Origin: Amoebidium appalachense
Taxonomy: Eukaryota; Protista; Ichthyosporea
Reading direction: 5' to 3'
DNA length: 64,000 nt
Assembly: GCA_963693365.1 (NCBI GenBank)
Contig: CAVNZM010000001.1
Span: forward strand, 4,914,907-4,978,906
The notes under the pieces are model-generated. The model saw only the letters and a list, made by a program, of their open reading frames with translations, was not told where the DNA came from and searched no databases. This document shows positions 1-13,552 of this stretch, one piece after another; the stretch's first letter is position 1; each line of letters starts with the position of its first letter. The position numbers and the translations under genes were made by a program.

Positions 1-245
<245 letters not shown>

Positions 246-287
246 CAGGGACAGCACACCCTCCCACCCACACAAGAGCACAAGCAC

Positions 288-480
<193 letters not shown>

Positions 481-735
481 GCTTTCTTGGTCTATCAGAC
501 CGAATTAACCGAATTTACCTGTTGTGTCGGACCACTGTATGTACAAGTCATTTAGCTATAAACAGCATCATGGCAGGAGCACCACGGCCGGGCACAATGG
601 TTGAGCACCAGCTGTTGGCACACACGTGCATAGCCCAGCAGACACCCTGTGACCATGGGCCATGACAGAATGGCACACGTGCGTGGTGAGAGGTGGTGTC
701 AGGTGACAGTCAGTGTGGCATATCATCTGCTATGG

Positions 736-962
736 CAGGCTGTGAAATTTCGGGGGTTTGTGGCCACAGAATTGTCCTTGAAACATCGAAAAATGTCCCG
801 AACTATGCAAGGTTAGGTCCACCAGTTTTTCAACCAGTAGCTCTAAAACAGCCAAACCCATAAAAACAATAATCCAAGAAAACGTTGGTGGCTCTATTAG
901 GGCCATCCTGGCATCCAGGCAGAGGAAAAGACCAAAAAAAAAAGTTCACAATTCACACCCTG
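736..962. mobile_element. Candidate short hAT-like MITE
   Basis: Left end CAGGCTGTGAAATT (736-749); reverse complement of right end (950-962) is CAGGGTGTGAATT. CAGG termini resemble hAT ends, but no convincing 8-bp TSD. Confidence 0.3.
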
Positions 963-2969
963 ACCAGTGGCATGCACGGCTTTTGCATGATTACGTCATT
1001 TCGCACAGATGAGTTCGAACGGTGCACAGGCTCGTAGCTACATCATGTAGTGAGCCTGTGCACCGTTCACTATCTAACAGCCCAAATAGCCCTGAAGTAA
1101 GCATTAGGCACCACACCTCAACAAATAAAAGTCCTGCCATCCAAACCACCGCTATTGTGCTACAGATAGATACAGGACATGGGGCCTGCAGGAGGTCTGG
1201 TCCATAAGTCGATAAACATTGTTTGCATGTAAACGATTTTTTTATTATTTGTTTTTTAATTATATAATACTTTATTTTTGTAAACGTGCTTTCTTGTACA
1301 GTACGAGCGTGGTGCGCCCCGCTAGATGTGCAGAGCTATCCGGGGCAGATGTGCCCGAACTTAGTTTTTTCTTGTTCTGGTATTCTAGTATGCACTTGCT
1401 ACTGGATAACTCGCGAAGCGCTTTTTTTTTCTTTCTTTCTTTTTTTTTTTCCCCCCACAATAACATATCTCTCTGTTGAATAAAAAATTCAGTCCAAAAC
1501 TTTCTGTGGTCTCGAGGGTATGGGGTGACGAAATCGGAATGTTAATCACTAAACATGATTGGTGGTTTTATATCAATGGCATGCGGCCTTGGATCGCACA
1601 CTGACACTGCTGAGTGCGCACTGCACAGTCACACTGCTCACACACGCCACACTCCACACACACATTTCACCCGGCACATATTGGTCTAAACATAAAGAAC
1701 TAATCATCCATAACACATGAGCAAAGCCAGGCACACTGTCGTGTTCATGTCTTATCATAGCGGGTTATTCTGCCCGTCTCGATGGTCTTCACATGTAGGA
1801 GTTTTACATAGCTTTACACATGTAGGGGCTCCGTAACACAAACACAGTGTCCCCAAACAAGATGTGTTTGCTGCTCCCCTCCCTGTCCAACAGCACGTCA
1901 CGCAACCATTGTCACGATCATGAGTGAAATCTTCAATGAAATGGGCCGAACTCAACACACATAGCTATACCTACACGTTTTCACGCAGATAACAAAATTT
2001 TCATAAAGGTAACGGCTTTACTGTGCTACTATACTAGCTACTGCGGCTAAGCTTCAGGTTAACACGTTCTTACCCAATGCACACAACCTATTGCCTTGTG
2101 GATGAGTCAAGGAGATAACTCGGCATTGGCATAAAAGCTTGTTGGGTACAGGTTGCACGATCTATCAGCTCTGTGGACTACACATCATACATGTCCTTGA
2201 CTGCTATGCAGCCCCAAGTAAGTATCACTACCAAACAGGCATAGTCAGGCTAACCCAAGGCTCAATCCACGTTTATTTCACGTTTAAGGGTTTTTTGATT
2301 TCGAGCTACCTCGAGCTCCATTTTCGGGTTTCCCTTTTTCTTGAGAAGAAGGATGAGATCGAGACACTCTTCTCCTTTTACTCACAGTGACTCACCACGC
2401 AACCACCCGCAACCCATAGACGCACAAACACACGCCAGTTATCTTATTACTGTATGGTAAACGGCTTAGCCTAGTTGCCTTGCAAGCCTGCAAGTTGAAC
2501 CATTCAGTGCGTGGATCTGAAGTTTGCACCGTGATGAGTGCAAGCTGTTATAAGTGAAGTCAACCACATAAGTTGGCAAACATGACGGTGTGAGCTTTGA
2601 TAAGATCTGCGTTCTGGCATCCATCACCCCCATCTGACCTACATGCGCATGTAGTGCTTGTTTGCTATTCGCTCCCAACGCGAAAAGGCACACACGGATA
2701 CACATTTCTAGCTCACAAAAGTGTATACAGTATGGGCAAAGCACGAAAAAACCCAGACACTCACACTGTTTGCACCGGAACCATGCCTGTAAAGGCAGAG
2801 TTATTTTGATACTCTCGCATCCTCATGCTGTGGTGAAACCTGCTGTAGTGCAATGTGGTCCTATATATTTGTATGGAACTTCTGATGATGTGTTTGCACG
2901 GTGCCACCCTAGCAAGCACGGCATTGTAATAATCCCACAGGCGCTCATACACTTTCATCTCTACTTTCA

Positions 2970-3193
2970 CACTGTGACACAACACACACACCACAACACA
3001 CCACAACATACACATACTTGCAGACACAAACACACACACACACACACATGCACACGCACACATGCGCGCACAAATGCACACGGACGCACAATGTCATGTA
3101 TGCCCACACCGTGTACACGCACACACACACGCGCACGCAGACACAGACACGCACGTACACACACGCACACACACACACACACAGACGCGGGCC

Positions 3194-3280
<87 letters not shown>

Positions 3281-3320
3281 TTACATGCACAACACACACA
3301 AATGCAAACACGCACACACA
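2970..3320. repeat. Degenerate and perfect (CA)n microsatellite block
   Basis: Directly visible. Confidence 0.95.
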
Positions 3321-3692
3321 AAACTAACCACACCGTGACGGGACAACCGTTGAAAACGGCCACCCGTACATCACAGCTGCACAAAAAGGGCACGTGCACA
3401 CCAATGCGGTTTCACACAGAGCATCCCCCCCCTCCCCCCCCCCCCCCCCCCCCTGCACTTACACACAAAGAGGGAATCACGGGTGTTGCCCCCATCCCCC
3501 CCCCCCCCCCCCCCCCCCTCCCCCTCCTCCCCCCTTCCCACACACACACACAATTTACCACCGCCGCCACCCATCCACCACAAACACATACACGGTGTTG
3601 TTCGACCAAACCCAGAAGCACACATCTTAATGAGGCATTCCTTGATCTAACATGACTTTCCATGTTTGCAGGGGGGCTACAGTGCAGCTTTC

Positions 3693-4919
3693 ATGGCGGC
3701 GCCTGAGGGCGGCGGCCAATCAAAAGCTGAGGCCCCAACCATGGACGAGGCACATAAAGACCACGAGCAATTGCGATGCGTGTTTGTGGCTGCTTTAATC
3801 TTCACCACCCTTGTGATAGTGACAGGCACACTGTTGGCCCTTAAAGACGTCAGCGCAACAGCAGCGCAATCACCAAAGAAACCGCCACCAACGGCAATGC
3901 ATATAACGGACGAGGCGAGAAGCAAAGCAATGGCATCATTTACATTGTGTGCTTTGACCGTTTTGGGGATGGTGCTGCAACTTGCATACGTGGTCTTTAT
4001 CAAGGCAAAATACGGGAGGGGTTCAACATCCACCGCTGATAAATTACTGCCGCTGCCCGCCTTTTTGGTCATGTGTCTATCGATTTCTTTAATGTTGGCA
4101 TTTGATGGGTATCTCGTTTTTAAAGGTCCACTCTACCCCGGACCAGCACTCTACTTTTGCTTCACCGGTCCGGCTCTTTTCTTTGGACGCTCTTTAAGCA
4201 TTATTCCCCTGTCGGCCCTGATGCTGCGACTCGTCATGATCTATTTTTATCCGTTTGCCACGTACAGGCGGAACCTTAACGTAGTCATGGCAGGATACAT
4301 TCTTTTTGCCCTCCTCCCGCTGGTGGTTATATTCATATCTGCCAGCATTAAAAATGTCGCCCACCCAATGCTCTACCCATTTGGTGGATCCGTGGTCATT
4401 CGTCTGGCGCACCTAATATGGCACATCGTTTTGTGCGGAATCGATGGGTTTCTGTCCGCTTGCCTATTCGTCGTCCGCCGGCAACTCGCACGACATGATA
4501 TCCACCTAATGGTTGCTTTCATTTCACTGTCCGCATTGTGGTGGGTTTCATTAATGATTGCTATGATAAGGATATACACACCCCTGTCGTCAGAGATGTG
4601 GCCACAGTGCCTGTACACGGCAAATCTCGGTCTCCAATCTTTAACCCTTTTCATACTGCGGATTCTCGGGTACATGAATCCCCGCATGGGGAACGGTGTG
4701 CGGTTGGTGATGTGGGGGATCGAGCACCACACCGGAGAAGAATATTTAACCGAGCACAAAACCGGAAAACGGATGATTCCAACGGGTGCTTTGTCTCGAG
4801 CGGCTACACATGTGTTTGTGCACCAGGTGCCTGGTGCAGATGTGTCGGGACAGGAGGGTTCAGTGAAGGCTGCTAAGGGGGAGGTGTTGGATATGTATTC
4901 GGTCCGTTCAGACGTATGA
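3693..4919 (+). CDS. Multi-pass membrane protein, GPCR-like 7TM core plus an extra N-terminal hydrophobic helix (408 aa)
   Basis: Uninterrupted non-repetitive 1227-nt ORF from ATG 3693 (ttcATGG) to TGA 4919 with about 8 hydrophobic segments. The TM3-like segment YFC...LSALMLRLVMIYF and the last helix ending GYMNP resemble class-C/protist GPCR-like 7TM domains. An acceptor-like tttgcag at 3665-3671 suggests a 5'UTR intron or an upstream exon. Confidence 0.85.
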   Translation: MAAPEGGGQSKAEAPTMDEAHKDHEQLRCVFVAALIFTTLVIVTGTLLALKDVSATAAQSPKKPPPTAMHITDEARSKAMASFTLCALTVLGMVLQLAYVVFIKAKYGRGSTSTADKLLPLPAFLVMCLSISLMLAFDGYLVFKGPLYPGPALYFCFTGPALFFGRSLSIIPLSALMLRLVMIYFYPFATYRRNLNVVMAGYILFALLPLVVIFISASIKNVAHPMLYPFGGSVVIRLAHLIWHIVLCGIDGFLSACLFVVRRQLARHDIHLMVAFISLSALWWVSLMIAMIRIYTPLSSEMWPQCLYTANLGLQSLTLFILRILGYMNPRMGNGVRLVMWGIEHHTGEEYLTEHKTGKRMIPTGALSRAATHVFVHQVPGADVSGQEGSVKAAKGEVLDMYSVRSDV

Positions 4920-5097
4920 CAGGCGGGAAAGTGAAGCACCTACCGTGGGTGGATCAGAGTCTCTTTTGATTGCAGGAACAACCTGAAAATAGATTAATCA
5001 TGTGTTAGGTTTAAGGGAATTGAAGCTCTGAAGTCTGATATACAACTAGCACAAACGCTGTCAATTAGACGTGTTGTTTCATAGACGTGAATGAACG

Positions 5098-5161
<64 letters not shown>

Positions 5162-5202
5162 CAATTAGCAGGAACACACATGTGCACACACACGTTCGCG
5201 GG

Positions 5203-5235
<33 letters not shown>

Positions 5236-5252
5236 CCACCCACACACACCCA

Positions 5253-5293
<41 letters not shown>

Positions 5294-6088
5294 GCACACA
5301 TTGGAATGGGCCCACAGTCTCAATCAGGCCTTGAAAACCCGCAATCAATATGTGTGTAGGTCTGCAAAGGTACATTATAGACAGCATGGTATGAATGATG
5401 GTAGTGGCCGTGGTAGACCGTGTACACCCGGCCTGGCCCCAATAGCGTGTCATGATTTAAGTGTAACATAGGATATGCATGTACAGCTTTGTGTTAGTAT
5501 TATGGATACTGGCCTTGAACCAGTTATGTTCCCATGTTCGGATGTCTCAAATGCTATGAATCACTGAGCTATGCGATTAAATCGCCCATTTTCCACTTCA
5601 CCATGCTCATGCCCCAGGTGTATGTTAGTACATGTGTTTGTGTGCCTTCACACAAGGGGGAAATTTCGCAGGTGTGTGTTAACATCGTTCGTGCATGTGC
5701 GAACGTTGTATGCAATGCATCGCCCATATACTTCTGAAAGCGTGTAGGCATACATATGCACGCACCTACCCACCCACGCATCATGTGTTTTGAGTGTGTG
5801 CTGTCCAGCGGTTTCAGCTGATGTGTGTGTGTGTGTGTATCATGTTTTGCCCTGCCGCTCCTTTTGGCTGCATATGCGACACGGGCTTTCGCGCGCACGC
5901 ACATCCCCCCAGCGTTTAGATGCCCCACCAGCATCTATAAATCGAGCGACTCATCTTTTTGTTTGGCGGACCCCCCCCCCCCCCCCCCCCCCCACCCCAA
6001 TGAACCGGCCAGTCCTAATAGCATACAATACTATGGCAACCCGATCTGGGGGCCCACCCACAAAAAGAAGCTAGGCACGACACTTAGG

Positions 6089-6128
<40 letters not shown>

Positions 6129-6821
6129 AAACCCGGACCCACCGAACTTGGCAATGCCCTAACTGCAGACACACACACCTTAAAGGAGAGGTCAACCCAC
6201 TCCATGTATGAAGACACAGCAGCCACCACCACAATAAAAGACATGGAGTACACCGTATATTCCACCACCCTTAACCCCACCTCACCACCACAAATTGCTA
6301 AACCCCCCTCATTTGCTAGGTAAACTTCAGTACCGACCCCCCCTAGATCAAGACTGACCACAAGAACAATCCTCCCCCATACGATCGCTTTGCCATGTCC
6401 GTTGGCAGGCTCACTGGCAGTTTCTTGGGGCCTGCACCTACCTAAATTATAATGGCAACGGTTCTGAATAAGACCAATAATTATGAAAAAGGTAAAAATA
6501 AAATGAATCAGAGAGCCTTTTACAAGCCTGTCACGTGTGTACGGTGCGATTTATTGAATTGTTAATGCTTAGGCACTTATTATTGTTTTACTGGAAGGGT
6601 GATGATAGAAACTTAAGGCTAAACCCGGTGCCACAGGAAAGTTTCACTAAGTCCATGTGCACGAAGTTTATTGGATTTAGCTTTCTTGCAGGCTGCATGC
6701 ATGCGCAATTGTATAATGTATGGATGCTGATCCTGTGTTTATGAGCATTATTGTCTGTTTTACCGTGTTAGTCTTTTTGTCCATGGTGTTCACACTCACG
6801 TTTATCTGTATCAGTCACTGT

Positions 6822-6867
<46 letters not shown>

Positions 6868-6896
6868 GTGCGTTTGTGGGCATGTGCATGGCAGGG

Positions 6897-7458
6897 AGGG
6901 CCCAACCACATCGGCAGAGTCAACTTGCAAAAAGCAGAATTATTCTGTAAAAACGGAATTACTCTTCAAAGCAGAATAATTCTTCAAAAAGCAGAATAAT
7001 TCTGCACAAGCAGAATCGCTCTGCTTTTAGCAGTTAATTAAGAATTATTCCGCAAAAGCAGAACGATTTTGCTTTCTACAACAGAATAATTCTGCTTTTA
7101 GCTGAATGTCCTGCTTTTAGCGGAAGAGTTCTGCTATTTGCAGATGGATTCTGCTTTTAGGACATTGATTCTGCTTTTGCAGATTGATTCTGCTTTTGCA
7201 GATTGATTCTGCTTTTGCAGATTGATTCTGCTTTTGCAGATTGATTCTGCTTTTGCAGAATAATTCTGCTTTTAAGAATAATTCTGCTTTTAAGAATAAT
7301 TCTGCTTTTAGCAGATTGATTCTGCTTTTGCAGAATAATTCTGCTTTTAGCAGATTGATTCTGCTTTTGCAGAATAATTCTGCTTTTTACAGAATTATTC
7401 TGCTTTTTTGAATAATTCTGCTCGGAGCAAGTTGACTCAGCCGATGTGGTTGGACCCT
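6897..7458. mobile_element. Foldback/MITE-type non-autonomous DNA transposon, copy 1
   Basis: Left TIR AGGGCCCAACCACATCGGCAGAGTCAACTTGC; reverse complement of right end is AGGGTCCAACCACATCGGCTGAGTCAACTTGC (30/32). Interior is an array of palindromic GCAGAATWATTCTGC units and 19-nt GCAGATTGATTCTGCTTTT repeats. Flanks caggg/ccggg match at 4/5 as a possible 5-bp TSD. Confidence 0.85.
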
Positions 7459-7499
7459 CCGGGATGTACACGTGTGTCACGTTGTGTGCGCACGAGCTT

Positions 7500-8930
<1,431 letters not shown>

Positions 8931-10276
8931 GTGCCATGATATGCTGGTGTTGCACAAGCTGTCCGAGTTCGCAATACGAATCCTGCCGATGGCACGCTTC
9001 ATTTACGGTACCAGGAGGGAAAGGATTTGTGCCGAATGCTGGGCCGTACACGCACAAATTCTAAAGCAACACAATAATGTGTACCTCTCAGATTCGACAC
9101 GCGTACGTGTGTGCATGACCTGACATGATCATTTTGCAATTGGTTGAAACTTCCCCTGGGCGTACATGTATGTCGGCCCTTGAAGCGTGTTACAAAACGT
9201 GTGGGCATGCATGCCCACGTCTTGCAGACACGCACAGCATCATTAGTCACAGCCACAGCCTGAGCCCGCGCACAAATAACGGTGCTCGCACATGCAGCGA
9301 TCACAGCCGGGCAATCGTAGAAGGATACGTGACTCCCTAATGATGACACGCCGTCAACACGGTATGTATGTTTGTTTTGATAACTTGCCAGTTTGGCAAG
9401 TCCTATTTCCCGAAGGGGATTGGTTGGCAGATGAGCGTGGCAATAGATCTAGACATCTCGGATATCGATATTTGCCAATAGCTTCGCTTACTTTTCTAAT
9501 ATGCCAAATACCCTGGAGATCTCGCTTGCCTTGATTGGCTTCCGGCTTTTATGAAATAGATTGAAAATCTCGCATGCATAAGCCTTTGAAAACGCTGGTT
9601 TATTCCAACACTTACTTCTAATAAAATTGGCAAATGAGGATTATTGGCTTTTCTTATACATGAATTAATATAATTTATGTAGTTTTTATATCTTTGTGAA
9701 AGTGCGACAGCGTGCCCTAGTCATGGGTGCGGCGTCTCAGTGCCTCTTGAGCAGAGGTGGGTAAAAATTGATTGACTGATATGAAATTTTAGGCCACACA
9801 TAAGATGCTTGAAAGGATGATGGACAAAATTCCGATGGGCGCTATATAGACAGCTATATCCGCCCAGAAAATCTGCATATGAGATCGAAAAAGCTTTATA
9901 AAACGCTGTGTATATTTGTAGCACGAAATCTTTTGTTTCAATAGATATGCATAACGCTGAAGAATGTAACCGTAGATGTGTGACTAAATGAGGCGAGCCA
10001 TATGATGTGTGGCGGACGAGTAGAATGTCCGGTCATAAGACTCGGTGGACTCTAGTCTTTGGTCGTATCATACGATAGCAGCCATATGAGCAACATTAGT
10101 GATTAAAAAACGTTCACCCAGACTTCTTTAACGATTATTTTTCTTGAATTTAGCAACAATTCATCAAGTAGTTATGTGGGGAGCATTTACAGCGCCTCCG
10201 GAACCCCTGCGCACTTTCCAGATCTACTATGCTGTTGCTGCTAATCTTAATATCGGATTTTGCTGTAGGCCCTCCC

Positions 10277-10317
10277 TATAAGACCGGCTCCAGCGCCTCC
10301 AGAAAAGACAGTCAGTT
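10277..10317 (+). promoter_or_regulatory. Candidate core promoter of Spherulin-4 paralogue A (TATA + Inr-like)
   Basis: TATAAGA at 10277-10283 and ACAGTCAGTT (Inr-like TCAGTT at 10312-10317) about 30-37 nt downstream; the TATA is about 140 nt before ATG 10421. Confidence 0.4.
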
Positions 10318-10420
10318 GGTGCCTTCGTGCCTCAAACAGCAGTTGAGAATTTCAACCCTCAAAAACACAGACAGAACCACATCTCTCACTAGGTTATTTT
10401 GTGCACTACACGCCAGGAAA

Positions 10421-12545
10421 ATGGAGGTAAATGCTAAGTCTTTGGCGGCGCTGGCTCTGCTTGCATCCGTCTCGTCTGCGTCTCCGGCCGACAACTATGA
10501 CTTCCAAGAACGCTTGCCCAAGGTCAAGAGTGCGGAGGCTGCATCCGTCTATCCTGGTAGGCGCCATGCAGCATTCATACACACAGCAGGCATTATTTCA
10601 TGCACATACAACTCTGATGCTTAAGGTTTGGAACTTGAATGATACGCAAGTAAATGCATGCACTATCTGCAAACCCAAAACACGAACACCAGGTGCTGTA
10701 CACCCAACATCTACATGACTAGCTACATCTTTTGCACCAGTGTCATTTCAGGCGCTTGAAAAAACACATAAACGTGGGGTTTCCTGCCCACTTATTAAGC
10801 GCCGAATAGGTGTTAGGCTAATGACCAAGAAAGAACTGTTTTGTCTTTTGCACACATCACACTTATCGCCCCCTTCTCACAGACTGCATCTACAAGCGCT
10901 CATGGGAGCCCACCAAGAACCCCTCTATCCTCATCCCCCTTTACACCGTTGGTTCCTACGTGACGATGGATGAGAATGGCGTATGCAACCACCCCATGTT
11001 CGTTAACGTTGCCAAGGGCTGCAAGGCCGTGGTTGCTGTTGTCAACCCCGTCACTGGCCCCTTGCCGCTGGATGACTCCCATTATCCGGCTATGAAGGTG
11101 TGTGCTTATTCCACCGTGCGTGTGTGTGCTTGGAAAGACGAGTGCGTGTGCGTGTGTTGTGTGTGACCGTGTGTGTGTGTGTGCTTGAAACGACGAGCGT
11201 GTGTGTGCCTTGTCTGCCACAACGGTTGTGTTCATGCGTGCTGTGCATCCTCATCATGTATTTGTGCTGTCTGCTTGCCAATTTGGCTGTGCAACCACTG
11301 CATTGTGTGCGCAATGCACTAAAAAAAAAATGAACGTTTGATAAGCCTCAGGGTAGAAACCCGAAAACTTACAACAAAGCTACCCGGCTAGAATTAGCAA
11401 CCATTTAAACAGCACGCCAATCTTACCTCTGGGCAGGCCTGCTTGAAGATGCTCAACGACCACGGAGTGCAGATGATTGGCTACACCCACACTAAGATTG
11501 CAAAGGTGGACCCAGCCACCGGCATCTGGTCCACCTCCGCTATGAGGTAAGCAACTACCCAGTAGAAAGCTCTCTCCTTTTCTCATACGTGTGCTTGCAT
11601 GTTACACAATATGCATATCTGGGACAAGTTTGTTTTATGGGCAGACATTCGTATAACCAAAGGATACCAAAAATAGAGGCGCACACACACACACATACAC
11701 ACACACTCACAGACACATGCACCCATAGATCCAGACACACACACACACACAGAGGATGTGCACAAAAAACTTCTTCCCCAGGTTGCGTCTCAACAAGCTC
11801 ACTTCCTCTCCCCACAGAGACCCATGGGAGGTCGGGCACGACATGGACATCTGGCTGGAGACGGCCAAGGGGATGCCTATGTTCAAGGGGTTCTTCTTTG
11901 ACGACACCACAAACTACTACCAAACATCCATCAATGCTTTCGGCATAGACCACGTGGCCTGGTACCGCAGGGTATGCACTTGCCCTCCTCCCTGCCGCTC
12001 CCCCACACACATACAGACACACTACCACACACAAAGCATGCATATCCATGCACAGACACGCAACACACATGCACCATGAGCACACACACACACACGCAAC
12101 ACACACACACGCAACACATCTCCTGACTTTCGTTAGAACACGGGCCTCTCCCGAGCTTCTGATACCGATCCATCCATCTTCTTTCCCACACACGCACAAA
12201 CACAAATCCTTCTCCTCTCCCCCGACCCAAGCATACTCACCCACCCATCCTCACAGCTTGTCAACCTAGCCAAGGAAAAGCTGCCCCACTCCCGCATTGT
12301 GCTCAACCCCGGTTCCTTTGTGGATCTTCGCCTGATGCGGGCCAATGCCTCCGAGGGCTACCCTGAGGCTGCAGATATCACCATTCCCTTTGAGGACTAT
12401 GCCAAAAAGTGGCGCCCACCCGGTGACAACTGCTCCCAGAAGGGCATCCAGTGGAACACAGAGAGGGGCAACTTTGGCCCTGGTCCCTGGTGCCCGGTAA
12501 GTCGTCACTGATATCCTCACCCTGTACTCCTGATGTATGCACATA

Positions 12546-12588
<43 letters not shown>

Positions 12589-12621
12589 CAAACACACACG
12601 GTGAATAAATCCATGCACATT

Positions 12622-12652
<31 letters not shown>

Positions 12653-12781
12653 ACACACACACATGCTCGCACGCGCGCACACACACGCACACACACATAG
12701 TATTATGAATGCCCTTATGTATCAAACCTTCCCTCCAGCTCCGTTTCAGCAAAACAACGAATCATTACTTACCATCCATTC

Positions 12782-12840
<59 letters not shown>

Positions 12841-13552
12841 CCCCTCCTTCCCCCCTCCCCCTCTGCCCCTTCCATCCCACTACAGAACGTGCCGATAGCC
12901 GACAACGTCGAACCCTTCATGCAAGCAGTGAAGAATCGCGAGTTCGAAGCCGCGGCAGTAGTGCATAGTGCCGACAGTACGTTTGTGATGAACGAGGGCA
13001 AGGTGGCCATGGCCAATGGCTTCAAGTACTTCTTTGCCAGCGATATTCCCCTCGTCAACGGGCCATGGGGTGCAGTGCCCAAGGTCTGGGACCAGTATCT
13101 GCAAAAGCTCAACGATGAGTATGTGCCCCGTTAACTCCCCTCACTGAATGCACACACTGAAAACCCTACCTCACTCCTCCTCCCTCCCCTCACAACCCTC
13201 CCTCCTCCTTCCCCCTCTGTGCCTCCTCCGCACAATTCAACACCTACTTACACCCCATATCACTTGGCTTTAGCTAACCGCAGCCATGCCAACAAGGGCA
13301 CTATATGCATTCTCTCTCGGTATAAATTTAACCCCGCAGTGATTCTAACGATAGGTTTTCTGCAGGGAGGAGGGTGTGCAGGTCGAGCAGGCACCGAACA
13401 CCACAGCCCCCGCTAGCACGGCCCCAGTTGCAGGCCAGACCGGCTCAGTGGAGAATTTGGCCAAGAACTCAAGCAATGCTGCTAAACCCACAGGGGGGTT
13501 CTTTGTGCCATTTGTCGCTGCAATTTCAGTCCTTCTGGCCCAGATGCTCTAA
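10421..13552 (+). CDS. Spherulin-4 / GH135 (Sph3-like) glycoside hydrolase, secreted, predicted GPI-anchored; paralogue A (about 424 aa)
   Basis: join(10421..10556,10883..11097,11437..11546,11818..11971,12257..12496,12886..13118,13366..13552); all GT-AG, phases consistent, 1275 nt. Signal peptide MEVNAKSLAALALLASVSSA. Family motifs ILIPLY, VVNPVTGP, MIGYTHT, KGFFFDD, IVLNPG, ADITIPFE, GPWGAVP. Ser/Thr/Pro linker and hydrophobic tail NSSNAAKPTGGFFVPFVAAISVLLAQML*. Confidence 0.9.

Noticed and set aside
6920-7420. Palindromic repeat arrays (also 16336-17050) as a CRISPR array or the QKQNQSAKSRIIL repeat protein
   Set aside because: No unique spacers, no cas genes, eukaryotic context; the arrays are bounded by TIRs.
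11336-11372. Hammerhead-like TTGATAAGCCTCAGGGTAGAAAC
   Set aside because: Deviates from the CUGANGA/GAAA core and lacks stems I and III.
13340-13365. Alternative upstream acceptor (ccccgcag at 13339) for the last exon of paralogue A
   Set aside because: Gives the wrong frame unless a 1-nt sequence error is assumed; 13366 restores the GPI-type tail and an even Cys count.
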